Shown in pieces: positions 1 to 12,791 of a DNA stretch of 64,000 bases. The notes below the pieces were generated by a model. That model was given only the letters and a program-made list of their open reading frames with translations, did not search any database and had not been told where the DNA came from. The stretch spans positions 4,960,001-5,024,000 of the forward strand of contig NC_043007.1 of assembly GCF_006345805.1 (NCBI RefSeq). Reading direction: 5' to 3'. A program made the position numbers and the translations under genes. Source of the stretch: Octopus sinensis. Taxonomy: Eukaryota. The stretch's first letter is position 1. Every line of letters starts with the position of its first letter.

Positions 1-19
1 TGGACATAAAAGCTTAACA

Positions 20-730
20 TTGTATAGGGAAGCAAAAAAAGGGTCAAACAAAAAAAATTCTAGAAAGAAGGTATTGCTAAAAAAAATTCTAAGTGAGGCT
101 CAGAAAAGAAAATTTGCGTCCATAAAAATGATTAACGTGAATATCAAGTTACAATTGGATACAGGCAGCGATATCAGATATTTAATACAGATACATGGAG
201 AAAAATAGGAAAAATTAGATTAAAGGAAACTTCGAAAATTGTGAGAGGTGTTTCGGGAAAGAAATTGCATTTTATGGGTGAAGTGGTAAGTGATGTTACA
301 TTTCGTGGTAAAAACTTTGAGAGTCAAAGTTTTTGTGTTGAAAAATACAACAAATTTATTTCAAACAGACTGGATGGAACTATTTAACTTATGGGACTTA
401 CCCATAAATATTTTTTGTAAAAATGTGAATGGTTCTTCTGCTGGTACAAATAAGGTGTTGGAGGATTTAAAAAAGAAAAAAATTTTTCCTGAAGTTTTTT
501 CTGAGGAATTAGGTCTTTGCACCAAAAGAGAGGTGAAGTTTCAAGTGAAAGAAAACGCTATACCAGTATTTAAAGCAAAAAGAATGGTACCCTTCACAGC
601 ATTGGAACAAGTCAATGAAGAATTGGATAAACTTGAAAAGTTTGGCATTATTGAAAAAATTGATTATTCAAAATGGATATCGCATACAGTTTATGTTAAG
701 AAAAATACGTAAATAAAATCTGAGTATGTT
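20..730 (+). mobile_element. Decayed Ty3/Gypsy LTR-retrotransposon pol fragment (aspartic protease + start of RT)
   Basis: LQLDTGSD protease motif (ORF 20-208) followed by PVFKAKRMVPF...EELDKLEKFGIIEKIDYSKW, typical of the Gypsy RT N-terminus; frameshifted. Confidence 0.8.
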
Positions 731-1337
731 AGGTAGGGCATTAAGCCACAGAGACCATGCCAGTTGAGGGGTCATGTATTGTGACTTATGACCTCACTGC
801 TGCTGGCACCACACAAAAAGCACCCAGTATACTCTGTGGAATGGTTCATGTTAAGCAGATAATAGAGCTTGGTACATTCTTCCAATTTGTCAGCTCCTGT
901 CAAATTGTCCAACCCATTCCATAATGGAAGGAGGATGTTAAATGAGGACAATGATGATGGCTGTGTAGTTGACATGTTTGCTTCCTGACCACATGGTTTC
1001 AGGGTTCAATCCCACTACATGGTAACCAGGGTAAGTATCTTCTACTATATCACCAGGCTGGCCAAAACCTTTTGAGTGAATTTGTCAGACAGAAACTGAA
1101 AAAAACCTCATCATGTGTGTGTGTGTGCATGTCTCTTTCTTTTGACGTCATGTAATGGTTGTAAACAAGTGTTGTTTGTTTTTAATCTTCCATTGGAAAA
1201 TTGCCCACCCACGGAGAAATATTACCTTGTTTGGAAATAGGTGAGGGTTGGTGACAGAAAGAGCATCCAGATGTAGAAAATCTACCTTAATGAATTCTAT
1301 CCAACTCATGCAAGAATGCTAAAGGGGGTATTTTTTT

Positions 1338-1567
1338 TTCTTTACTGCCCACAAGGGGCTAAACATAGAGGGGACAAACAAGGACAGATAAAGGGATTAA
1401 GTCGATTACATCGACCCCAGTGCGAAACTGGTACTTTATTTATCGACCCCAAAAGGATGAAAGGCAAAGTCGACCTCGGCGGGATTTGAACTCAGAACAT
1501 AATGACAGACGAAATACCGCTAAGCATTTCACCCGGCGTGCTAATGTTTCTGCCAGCTTGCCACCTT
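1338..1567 (-). mobile_element. tRNA-derived SINE, family A
   Basis: B-box-like GAGTTCAAATCCC on the - strand; near-identical copies at ~5289-5520, 18263-18494, 62800-63026 (-) and 49250-49427 (+). Confidence 0.75.
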
Positions 1568-1674
1568 AAAGGGGGGTATTAAAACAAAAAAGGTGATGAT
1601 GAAGTGAGTGAACTTCATTACAGAATTAAGTCAGTTCAAACATTTTGTGTCTGCAGAAAGAATAAAATTCTTAC

Positions 1675-1823
1675 CAATGAGGTTCATGTCAACAGCTCGA
1701 TCGTAGAAGTAAGAGAATGCCCTAATGTCGTGGTTGGTCAGTTCTAGAACAGGTTTCATATTTTCCTTGACATACTTACTTGTAGCAGCATAGCAGTTGT
1801 CAAAATTACTGTTACCAGCAGAA
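1675..1823 (-). CDS. ENTPD5: ENTPD5/6-like NTPDase, coding exon 9 (gene continues beyond left edge)
   Basis: tttcag acceptor, gtaaga donor; SAGNSNFDNCY...RAFSYFYDRAVDMNLI contains the FSYFYDRA motif of ENTPD5/6; phase 2 in, phase 1 out. Confidence 0.9.
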
Positions 1824-1884
1824 CTGAAATGGTAAATGGTGGTATCAGAAAGTTCCTGCATTCATGTTTAATAAAACAATAATT

Positions 1885-3195
1885 TATTTGCCTAAGTTTT
1901 ACCATCATCTCCTTCGAAATAGTCCCCTTGCACAGCAATATACCGGTGCCAGAGTTCCTGCCGCTTTTGGAATCTGGCCTGGAAGTTCTTTTCCATAAGT
2001 GAGTCGAGGACCTTCCGCAATTCACTCTGGATTTCATCAATGGTGTTAAAACAGCAGCCTTTGAGCTGCCTTTTCATCTTGGAGAAAAAAATGGAGGTCC
2101 TCAGGTGCTAAATTTGGTGAATAGGGCAGATGTGGAAGCAATACCATGTTGTTTTTGGTGAGAAACTCCTGAGTGAGGAGAACTCAGTGACAAGATACAT
2201 TGTCATTGTAAAGAATCCAGTTCTTTGTGCTCCACAGACATGGGCGGTTTTGCTGAATGGCCTCCACCCTCAAATGCTTCAAAATGTCACAGGAGAACTC
2301 TTGATTAATAGTCTGACCCTTGGGGTGGGGGGACAAATCCTTGATGTCCAACATTGCAGATGTCGAAAAAGCAAGCATACTCTTGATTCAGCTGCAGCTC
2401 TGTTGGACCTTCTTTGGTTGTGGAGATAAAGGGCTCTTCCGTTGTGATGATTGCTGTTTCGTCTCAGGATTGTACCTGCAGACCCAACTCTCATCGCTGG
2501 TGATGATCCTTGAAATGAAGGATAGCTCATCAGCAGCACACGGACAGAGATCTTGATGGACATTGACACAATGTTCTTTCTACTTAGGGGTCAGCAGTCA
2601 CGGGACAAACTTGGCAGAGGCATGCTGCATGTTCAATTCATCATCATCGTTTAACGTCCATTTTCCATGCTAGCATGGGTTGGACGGTTCGACCGGGGTC
2701 TGGGAAGCCAGAAGGCTGCACCAGGCTCCAGTCTTATCCAGCAATGTTTCTACAGCTGGATGCCCTTCCTAGCCAACCACTCCGTGAGTGCAGTAGGTAC
2801 TTTTTACATTAGAACTGCCTGCATGGACCCTTGTGACAGACCAACAACATGAACAATCCATTGATTGTCCTCCAATGATGCATTCTCTCCACATCTACAG
2901 GTCTCCAAATTTTCCTCTTGGCAAGTCTTCCAGATCACTTCCAGGGACATTCTTCTGCTTTTGAAGTGCCCACACTGCTCAAAACATTGCCTACAACCCG
3001 TTGCATCATTACTATAAGCTTGCCAAAGCATGCTCAATGTCCCTAGCGTACTTCCCAAGTTTAACGCAAAATTTCATGCTGGTCCTTTCTTCCTGTCCTT
3101 GACAAAATCGCAGGCTACAGCATACACGTGATCATAAAAACACAAATTTCACAAGTTGCAAAGTAAACAGGAATGTCACAAAATTTCACAAAGAT
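1885..3195 (-). mobile_element. Decayed Tc1/mariner transposase, interrupted by a CAT-tailed insertion at ~2639-2806
   Basis: Fragments MKRQLKG..F.TIDEIQ...W.RYIAVQGDYFEGD, GQTINQEF..DILKHLR...WILYNDN and an N-terminal HTH-like region. Confidence 0.85.
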
Positions 3196-3199
3196 ATAC

Positions 3200-3586
3200 A
3201 TCTGGAGGATGCCAAGAGCACCATCCGAGTGTGATCGTTGCTGGAGCAGCCAACTGGCTCCGTGCCGGTGGCACGTAAAAGGGCACCATTCAAGAATGAT
3301 CGTTACCAACATTGCCTTACTGGCACCTGTGCTGGTGGCATGTGTAAAAAGATTCGAGCGAGGTCGTTGCCAGTACCGCCTGACTGGCTCCCATGCTGGT
3401 GGCATGTAAAAACCACTACACTTTTGGAATGGTTGGTGTTAGGAAGGGCATCCAGTTGTAGAAACTCTGCCAAATCAAGATTGGAGCCTGGTGCAGCCAT
3501 CTGGTTTGCCAGCCCTCAGTCAAAATCGTCCAACCCATGCTAGCATGGAAAGTGGATGTTAAACGATGATGATGATGATGATGATG
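3200..3586 (+). mobile_element. RTE-associated 3'-end/SINE repeat (family C, (GAT)n tail)
   Basis: gagtggttggcgttaggaagggcatccagctgtagaaac...ccatgctagcatggaaa...(gat)n-type sequence; many copies (22510-22720, 37000-37432, 46240-46385, 55253-55427, 60230-60477, 63172-63582); the same sequence ends the RTE at 25800-25990. Confidence 0.75.
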
Positions 3587-3589
3587 AAA

Positions 3590-3900
3590 ATGTTGGAAGG
3601 ACTTGTACCATACATTAGCTTTAAAAGTTACACAAACAGCAGAACAGGGCACCACTGCATAGTACCAAAGATCCCAACTTTACCATCAAACAGGACCAGA
3701 TACTGCAACTGCTTGGGTTTCAAGGGCCCATAGTTCTACAATGTCCTTCCAAAAAGCCTGAAGGACCTGCATGGTGTGGATGTAAATGTCTTCAAAACAA
3801 AACTGGATCGCTTCCTGTTTGGCTTTTGGTGAAAAAGGGAGTTCAACACAGCTGCCCTCTGAGTTTCTTGCCATGATAAAGGTTCATCTGGGATCTTGGA
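3590..3900 (+). mobile_element. CR1/L2-group LINE 3' fragment
   Basis: LGFKGP..YNVLPKSLKDLHGVDVNVFKTKLD; homologous copies on - at ~30440-30790 and ~37470-38040. Confidence 0.6.
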
Positions 3901-4368
3901 CAGTAAATCAAGTTGTTTCTTGAAAACATCTACCTCTACTCAATGAAGATCCCTCAGATGTGTTGGCAAGCATTAAATTGCTTTAGGCCCTTAAAACGAA
4001 AGCTACTGCAGTACATGTTGCTCAATCGACAATTGTCTCAGTTTGCCCAATGCTTTATGAGAAGTGGAAGCCTGTTGTATATGGGTGCAAATATGGTAAT
4101 TCACCTTGCCCCCCCCCTGCTTGACAACCAGTGTTGGTTTGTTTACAGCCCCATAATTTGGCAAAAGAAACAGACAGAATATATACCAGGTTGCAAAATA
4201 AGTACTGGGGATCAGTACAAATCAGTACGCTTGCATGGCTGCAGTCCAATGACTGAAACAAGTAAAGGATAAAAGATATTAACCCCTTTAATAATATCAC
4301 AACTCAACCAAGAGCAATAACTCATGCTTGCAATACAGAAAAAAAAAATAAAAAGGTTTATGGTTTAC

Positions 4369-4453
4369 CTAACTTGATAAGTTTTCCCTGAATAGGACCA
4401 GCTGGTTTGAGTATTCTCTTGTATACATACTGATTTCAGTTGAAGAGGAGCAG
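4369..4453 (-). CDS. ENTPD5: ENTPD5/6-like coding exon 8
   Basis: ccttttcag acceptor, gtaaac donor; TAPLQLKSVCIQENTQTSWSYSGKTYQV; 85 nt, phases fit both neighbours. Confidence 0.85.
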
Positions 4454-4554
4454 CTGAAAAGGAAACGAAGTTAAAATTAATTTTCATGCATGTTTAAAAA
4501 AAATAATTCTTCAGTTGTTTCGGAATAAAGTGCAGAGCAGGAAACTTCTATCTA

Positions 4555-4850
4555 GTTCTGCAACAGAAATGAAGATAGCTTGGACGAAGTTAGTGAAAGA
4601 TGTTTAAGCTCTACCTGCGACGATTTCATCTCAATCGAAGGAGAGGAGCTTTCTCCGTCTGGGTTGCGGATCCGTGGAACAAGCTGCCAGACGAGATGGT
4701 GAAGATGCCGACGACCGCTTTGTTCAAAGTCTCCCTTGACCTCAAGTGGCCTGAACTCTTTACATGAACACCACCCTGTACATAACTCCATGTCCCTCTA
4801 CATGGCCTTGCTTTTTGCTTTTGAGCCAAAAAATTAACTAACTAACTAAC
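4555..4850 (+). mobile_element. CR1-type LINE 3' end
   Basis: KLYLRRFHLNRRRGAFSV.VADPWNKLPDEMV....LFK followed by an (ACTA)n tail. Confidence 0.7.
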
Positions 4851-6052
4851 TATTATAAGTCATTTAGACCAAACCATTTTATATTATAAAGAGAAGGAGC
4901 CAATCACTTAATAAATATACATGCTTTCCTTGGTTAAATTAGATTCTGATAGGTTTTACCATGCATACACAATGTGTGCACATACATTCATACATACATG
5001 AATGCATGCACAGACATACGCCTGATCAAAAAGTATCAGAACTGGTGTTATAAAAAGACAATTACAACACATATCATCATCATCAAGACAAGATACAAAA
5101 CAAAGCAAGCAGAGTGTGTTGGGTTTACGCAGAGGAAATAGGAAGAAATAGAGAAGTAAAATTTTCTATGTTTCGAGTATAAACTCATATTCTGAAAGAA
5201 TAGACAAGGAGAGAGAAAAATGGAGAAAGGAACTTACATGCATCTAATAATCACTGCACCCTGATGTATATTCATATACATTCATATCTATTTCTTTACT
5301 ACCCACAAGGGGCTACACTCAGAGAGGACAAACAAGGACAGACAAATGGATTAAGTCGATTATATCGACCCCAGTGTGTAACTGGTACTTATTTAATTGA
5401 CCCCGAAAGGATGAAAGGCAAAGTTGACCTCGGCAGAATTTGAACTCAGAGCGTAACGGCAGACAAAATACCGCTAAGCACTTCACCCGACATGCTAACG
5501 GTTCTGCCAGCTTGTCGCCCTGATATACATTCATATCTGAATGCATATTAATATACAGCCATACACACATATCCATATTGATTTGTAACATAGTACTGTG
5601 AAATACTGGTACAATATTTTATCAAATCAAGGAAGGCTGAAAGGCAAAAGATTGATCCAGCCAGGATTTGAACTCAAAATTAAAATTAAACCAATGAAAT
5701 ATTCTAGAAAATTCTATTAGATGGTCTACTAATTCTACTAACCCGCCGCCCTTCATAAATACAGATTAATACACTAATAACTTTTAAGGCTGTCCCCTAC
5801 AGAATTGTTATCAATGCACCGTCATTCACAGATACTAATGAATGTGTCTTTTAAGCGAACAGTTCGCACGCAAAGTGATTTCATCCAACTTTACATTCTT
5901 GGTTCAAATTCTGCTGGTGTTGATTTTGCCTTTCATCCTTTCGGGGTTGATAAAATAAGTACTAGTTAAACCCTGGGGTTGATTTAATTGACTTAGCCCC
6001 TCCCCCCAAACCTACTGGCCTTCCCAAAATTTGAAATAAATATATTACTAAC

Positions 6053-6108
6053 TCTCAGTTTTGTCCGAAACTTCAAACCTGGTGGCCATCAAACCAAGTC
6101 CAAGGTAA
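6053..6108 (-). CDS. ENTPD5: ENTPD5/6-like coding exon 7
   Basis: ttttcag acceptor, gttagt donor; SYLGLGLMATRFEVSDKTE completes the conserved YTHSYLGLGL motif. Confidence 0.9.
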
Positions 6109-6664
6109 CTGAAAATTAAACAAAGAAAAGAAAAACAAAAATATAATTTAATACACCAGTGCATAGAACAGTACATTTAATACATTGGTTCATTTAGCAT
6201 TAACCATTGGATACCAACTGACAAAGACTACCACTGGTTCTATGATACAGAATTCAGGTCTTAAAATGAACAGTATTAAAACCTTCTATGGCCATATTTC
6301 CTGCTAATTTATGTTCCAAACACTGGCTTAGTATGCCTTCCTACTATAGGCACAAGGCCTGAAATGTGTAGGAGGAGAAGGGCTGGTCACCTACATCGAC
6401 CCCAGAACTCAACTGGTACTTATTTTGTTGGCTCTGAAAGGATGAAAGGCAAAGTCAGCCTCAGCAGAATTTGAACTCAGAACATAAAGATATGGGTTCA
6501 AATCACATGATCAGCCTTTGATCTTTTTCCATCCTAGGGGTTTTTTAACCCAATATTCTACACACTATTATGTATAGCTTTATCTACTTCAAGTTCTATA
6601 AAAATAATTTCCTTTCCTTTGAGGCAGCTGTGCAATTACTGAAACAAGTAAAATAAAAGTATAC

Positions 6665-6830
6665 CTATGAGTGTATAAATTGTATCTTTGTCCAAATAAA
6701 GTTACAGATTCCTTGAAGTCGTCCCCAACCTGTTGCAATGTTTCAGGCTTTGATGGTACAAATGTGATCTGGGTTGAGCCTCCACCAAGATCCAAAGCTA
6801 CAGCGGTTTTCTCAGGTGTATCGAGTAAAT
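6665..6830 (-). CDS. ENTPD5: ENTPD5/6-like coding exon 6 (ACR4)
   Basis: ALDLGGGSTQITF apyrase conserved region 4 ... LYTH; AG acceptor, GT donor, 166 nt. Confidence 0.95.
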
Positions 6831-7382
6831 CTGTTTACAAATCAAAATAGGTTGTTAGTCATCTACACAACTGTTGTCGTCTTTGGATTTATGGTGATAA
6901 GGAGATGAAAAGGAAGTTTGTAAGAGATAATGACAAGGAGGATGGTGATGATGATAACAGTGATGAAAACGAACTAATCAGTAGAGTGTCTGAGTAATTT
7001 GCCTTGATGATTCATTCTTTTTTTGTTTTAATTAATGTAATTTGTAACGGGATTTCCCATAAGTTTTTACGCATCACTGTCAAATTTCAGCCCAAAGCGC
7101 TCAATTTTTTTTTTACAAGAAAACATATGTACCCACTGACAAAGGGACATGAAACACACACACACACACACACATTCAATAAATCATTATTCAGAGAAAC
7201 AAGTGTATGCATGTCTTGTTTTATTTCTTCTGTTGACAATCCAACATGTTAGTGCTGTCATGCAAGAGAGTGTCATACACAAGAAATCATTATCCAGTGA
7301 TACCATATTTAATGTAATGAGCATAAAAAATCTAATTAAAAATAGTTATGTAGTGATGAAAACACAACGCCAGCTCATTGAA

Positions 7383-7534
7383 TCATCATCATCGTCGTCG
7401 TCATCATCGTCATCATTATTATTATTATCATTATTATTATTATCATCATTATTATTATTATTATCATTATTATTATTATCATCATTATTATTATTATTAT
7501 CATTATTATTATTATCATCATTATTATTATTATT
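7383..7534. repeat. (ATC)n/(ATT)n trinucleotide microsatellite
   Basis: Directly visible. Confidence 0.95.
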
Positions 7535-8339
7535 AAGAAGGCAGTGAGCTGGCAGAATCATTAGCACACCAGGCAAAATACTTAGTGGTATTTTATGGCT
7601 TTACACCCTCACATAAGTAATGTCCTGCATTTCAAATCATTCATAAAAAACAGTCTGACCATGAGAAAAATATGACCTTGCTTAGAAACAGGATAAAGGT
7701 TAGCAACAGGAAAGGCATACAATCTTAGAAAATCTACCTCAAAAAATTTTGTCTGACCCATGTAAACATGGAAAGGCAGATGGTAAACCATTGATGATGA
7801 TGATGATGCTACATGTTAACTTTGTTCATGGAGGGAGTGCAATTTCTACAGCTGGATGCCCTTCCTAACGCCAACCACTCCATGAGTGTAGTGGGTGCTT
7901 TTTATGTGCCACCTGTACGGAAGCCAGTCGAGGTTGGAAACGGCCACAATCGGATGGTGCTTTTTATGTGCCACCAGCACGGAGGCCAGTTGGGGCAGCG
8001 CTGGCAACGGCCACGTTCGGATGGTTCTCTTATGTGCCACTGGCACTGGTATCACAGCTACAATTTCCATTGATGTTGATCGATTTCGAGTTTGATTTTC
8101 AAAATAATGATGATGATGATGATGATGATGACAAGGAAGATAGTAATAAAGATGGGTGTAGTGATGATAGTGGTAGTAATGGTGGTGGCGATGATGATTA
8201 TGGTGACAATGATAATGATGGTGGTGATAACAATGGCGACGATGATGAGAACTATGAAGGTAGTGATGAGGTATGAAAAGAGAATACCCTCCATCAGGCA
8301 TTTGCCCAAGGGAAAACCCTCCATCAGGCATTTGCCATA

Positions 8340-8792
8340 TCCTGAAGGCCTTACTTCCCTGGGCATGGATACACTGAAACTCCGACGTTTGGCAGACACC
8401 CATAAAATCAATAACCATCTTACAAACAATACCTCTGAGCACCTTTTCAAACTCCACCCGTCTAACACCCGTGGACATGTTTACAAAGTCAGAAAACAGC
8501 ACAGCTCCTTCCATGATTTTCCGAAACATTTTTTCATGCTGAGAGTTGCTGAAGCATGGAACAAACTGCCGGCATCAGTTGTTAGTTGTCGGAGCACTGC
8601 ATCCTTCAAAACTTCCATGCTTCCTGAGATTCGCCAACACTACACCTGATCTCCTCCCCTCCATACACACAAGCAAGCATGTATCTGACTCATACACTGT
8701 TCACTTCCCAGACATTTGTACATTACTGCATATACTTTATACGCATTTTCGACAAATTGTGGTGCACCTGAGCACTGTATACAATAACTTCA

Positions 8793-8823
<31 letters not shown>

Positions 8824-8882
8824 TATTATTACTATTATTATTATTACTATTATTATTACTATTACTATTATTATTATTATTA
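8340..8882 (+). mobile_element. CR1-type LINE 3' end with (ATT)n tail
   Basis: SNTRGHVYKV...KHFFMLRVAEAWNKLPASVV...ASFK motif; its 3' UTR is repeated at ~34676-34797. Confidence 0.8.
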
Positions 8883-9159
8883 AAAGCAACAAATATGAAT
8901 GTATGGATTATCTCCCTTAGACTAAAGGCGCTCAGCCACAGTTTCCAAGACTCCATGGAAACGATACACTGACACGCAGGTCGACGATGAACAGCGAAAC
9001 TTCGAAGTCACTATCAATAGAAATAGTGAATCCCTTATTCAATTAATATTTGCTATTTTTGGATAAAAACACGTACACACGAAAACTTGAATTCAACACA
9101 AAGTGTGTCCAGTGTCTGGAGAAAAGACATGTCCAGGGTATTCCGTCCGTGAGCACAAT

Positions 9160-9191
<32 letters not shown>

Positions 9192-9455
9192 TAAATATAT
9201 ACGTGGTCAAGTGGAATCATTGTTGTGACCAATCGTCCAACCCATGCCAGCATCGAAAGCAGACATTAAATGATGAAGATAAACAGGCGAGGGTTGGTTA
9301 GAGGAAGAGCCTGGGGGGTCATAGGAAATCTGCTTCCACAAACTGTCTGACCTGTGCAAGCATTGAAAGCAGGGATATTAACATGACGATGGTTAACAAC
9401 CATCAAGACGTGTGCATATGCATGTTTGTGTGTATGCGTGCGTGAGTGCACACAT

Positions 9456-9833
9456 TGCAGGAGTGGTTGTGTGGTAAGTAGCTTGCTAACCAACCACATG
9501 GTTCCAGGTTCAGTCCCACTGCGTGGCATCTTGGGCAAGTGTCTCCTGCTATAGCACCGGGCCGACCAATGCCTTGTGAGTGGATTTGGTAGACGGAAAC
9601 GGAAAGAAGCCTGTCGTATATATGTATATATATATATGTATGTGTGTGTTTGTGTGTCTGTGTTTGTCACCCTAGCATTGCTTGACAACCGATGCTGGTG
9701 TGTTTACGTCCCCGTAACTTAGCGGTTCGGCAACAGAGACCGATAGAATAAGTCCTTGGGTCGATTTGCTCGACTAAAGGTGGTGCTCCAGCATGGCCAC
9801 AGTCAAATGACTGAAACAAGTAAAAGAGTAGAG
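9456..9833 (+). mobile_element. tRNA-derived SINE, family B
   Basis: gtggtaagtagcttg...ggttcagtcccactgcgtggc head, internal (TA/TG)n; copies at 57472-57862 (+), 31940-32098, 39962-40414, 42621-43036 (-). Confidence 0.75.
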
Positions 9834-10001
9834 AGTATGACTAGTGTTATATCTGTCACTACTACACATTTCAGACTAGCAACTCAGTGAAACTTTTTAA
9901 CACACATGAGCGTGGGATGGTGATGACAGCAGGGGTCAACAAAGTTCTGGCAGTGATTTCTTTTCACTATGTAAAACACTGATTCTCAAAGGGATACTTA
10001 C

Positions 10002-10037
10002 CAAGGAGATAGTTGACCGTCAGCCAGCTGTAAATTC
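10002..10037 (-). CDS. ENTPD5: ENTPD5/6-like coding exon 5 (36-nt micro-exon, ACR3)
   Basis: ttgttttag acceptor, gtaagt donor; GIYSWLTVNYLL completes ACR3 (EG..W.TVNYL). Confidence 0.92.
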
Positions 10038-10081
10038 CTAAAACAAGTAAAGAAAAGGCCACAGGTTATAAGCATAATATC

Positions 10082-10129
<48 letters not shown>

Positions 10130-10958
10130 TATAAAGTTAATCCAAACAAGAAAGCACAAAAAAACACAACAACGCGAGGACGTGGAACAAATATAGTATT
10201 ATTGGACGCTCAGGAAAGAAGGAAAGAAGGAGGGTTTAATGTTTCGAGCGGAGCTCTTCGTCGGAAACATAGGAGAAGGAAAGATCCAGAGAAAGGAAGA
10301 CAGAGGAAAAAAAATCGCCAACGGTACACACGAGGTCACATACATATATATATATATTTCGTTTTTGGATTTGGTTTGCAAGATTCTTTATATGAGTTCG
10401 TGTGTTGAAGCATATTCTGTTGTTTCTGGGGAGAGTCATTTTCTTTTTGTGCCTTATAATGTAACACACTCACTGGTAAAATTTCCACTTAATGATAACT
10501 AAGTAATTTTACTAAATTCTTTGTTATATTTAAAATAATTGAAAGAAACACAGAGCCTCTCAGAATATATACAGTAACGAATGGGTTAATTTACATTCCA
10601 AACATAAACTTAATAACGACAAAGTTATTTTAAGAAATTCTTCATTATTTTCTAAACTAATTGAAACAAAGGCAGTGTGTTCCAATAAAAATTTGGTATC
10701 ATATAAAGTCGATTCTGTTATGAAAAGCATAAGAAAAAGTTGACCCAGTATTAATGAAAATGTTAAATAAAATAAAAAGACTCAAAAATCTAAGGTCAGT
10801 CTTTGAATGAATATTGCACTAATAACAAACGTAACCATGGATACCAGGAAGAAATTGTATTCGTAGAGTGACTCTGGAATTCAGTTTCGATGAGAAATTA
10901 GCCAAGGAAAAATTCAACAATGGGAATAACAACATCCACCCTAAAAACCCAGACTCAC

Positions 10959-11034
10959 CTTCTTTGGTGCCGCTCATTATTTCGGTATTGTTTTTAAGCA
11001 TTTTGAAAGGAAACGTCTTAAACAGCTTCTCTAC
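10959..11034 (-). CDS. ENTPD5: ENTPD5/6-like coding exon 4
   Basis: ttttgccag acceptor, gtgagt donor; VEKLFKTFPF...IMSGTKEG (start of ACR3). Confidence 0.92.
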
Positions 11035-11449
11035 CTGGCAAAACACGGAAATAAAAATGCATTACACATACAGAAATTGCAAACACACACACAGACAGAC
11101 AGAGTAACCTTCGTTATTTTATAATTTTCACATTATCATTTTGTTGAATCATCCACTGATTGTTTCTACAGCTGGATGCCCTTTCAAATGCCAACCACTC
11201 CGAGAGTGTAGTGGGTGCTTTTTACGTGCCACTGGCACAGGTGCCAGGAGAGGCTTGCAACAGCCACGATCGGTTGGTGCTTTTTACATGCCACCGGCAC
11301 GGAAGCCAGTCAAGGTGATGCTGGCATTGACCACGTATGGATGGTGCTTTTTACGTGCCAAGAGAGGCTGGCAGTAAATAAATTCAATATCAAATGGTTT
11401 TATATTCCAATAGTTACAACGTTACATACTGAATCGAGATAGAAATGTT

Positions 11450-12125
11450 CACATCACTACCTCTCTCAAGTAATACTTGGCATTACCTGTGACTTGTACC
11501 AAATACTTTGCTGCTGAATACGCATATGCCATCTGGGAGAAATGAATCCATGCCAAGGAACTTGACCCAGTGTTGAACAATACCTGGTCACTGATGGCAT
11601 GAAACCCGCTAACACAAACAACCAGCTCCTCCGCACTGGCATTGCCCTTGCGGATATCAGGCAGAGAGTGGCTAGGTGAATTGAGACCAAAAAAAAGGTT
11701 ATTAGTTATGAATTCCACTTCTTCATGGATGCTAGCACCCTACCCAACTGAAGTGAAGACTAAACTTCCTCAGCCATGTCCAGCTCCTATCAATATCCCG
11801 AGATGAAGCCAGGCCCCAACTCTTGATTGTAAAGCTTGAGAACAATCCTGTTTCAACTAACATGGGAATCCCCATTGTTGCAGACTTCCCTCATAGTTCA
11901 GAAGCACCATGGATTAAACGGAAGAAAGCCAATCACCTAAAAATGAGAATGAGATAATGAAAAGTTGCTTTGGTCAGCTGAGACTACAAGACCAGCTCAA
12001 CCACCTGCGTATGTGGAGAAGCAGGCCATATTATGGGGTATTGCCACCACCCACCCCTTGCAGCTCAAAAGCTCTTGCAAATGTCTATAAAAATGCAAAG
12101 AGCTCCTGTGAAGAAATGGAAAATT
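11450..12125 (+). mobile_element. Decayed Ingi/Vingi-like (I-group) LINE 3' fragment
   Basis: Frameshifted AAEYAYAIWE..HAKELDPVLNNT...MKPANT...GIALADIRQR resembles the post-RT region of Ingi/Vingi elements. Confidence 0.5.
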
Positions 12126-12327
12126 GTTGTAGCATTTGGCTTAAGAATATCACATATCATATAGTCCAACAAGCACAATATCACATAACCACAATATAAC
12201 ATGTAGCAGATAGTTTAGTAATCAGAATAATAAGAACACCACCATATGCTTCTTTATAGTTCATGTATCAGAAACCACATGTATCAAATAATTCAAAAGA
12301 AGATATCACTTCTGTCATTCTACTGAC

Positions 12328-12471
12328 CTCAAGAAGAATATTCTTGGCAGGTTGTTCACCGAGTAAGCGCAAACCTGCTGTGGCTTTCAGGGCAACTGCA
12401 CAGGATGACTGAAAGACCTCTGGAACCTCTGATTTGGCTAAATTAAGTAAGGGTAGTAAAGAATCCGCTGC
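12328..12471 (-). CDS. ENTPD5: ENTPD5/6-like coding exon 3 (ACR2)
   Basis: LKATAGLRLL apyrase conserved region 2; ttgcag acceptor, gtcagt donor; 144 nt. Confidence 0.95.
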
Positions 12472-12666
12472 CTGCAATTAGAAAGAGAAAATATTAATAT
12501 TCAACATATCCACCACCACCATTGCTAACTCCATCAATATCTTTTTACTATCAGTACTTAGCAATGTAAATGGTCAACATCTCGATTATCATCAACATAG
12601 CATGCTGCACACTTTAACACCTACATCTGATTTTTTCTTAGGGTACTTTTCTGTAGAATATACCAT

Positions 12667-12791
12667 ACTAGCACTATGACCTGACAATGTCAGGTCATAG
12701 TGCTAGTGCATGCATATACAATTTTACTCGCATATCTATCTTAAAATGAGCTGCTTGGTGGAGGTCTGCGCTCTCAGAGTGCTTTTCTAGT
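12667..12791 (+). mobile_element. Helentron/DINE-1-like non-autonomous element remnant with 41-bp hairpin
   Basis: actagcactatgacctgaca-a-tgtcaggtcatagtgctagt palindrome; ends ggaggtctgcgctctcagagtgcttttctagt. Confidence 0.5.

Noticed and set aside
7846-8956. Poly-His, poly-Asp, poly-Met and poly-Asn ORFs
   Set aside because: Trinucleotide repeats fused to SINE and CR1 remnants
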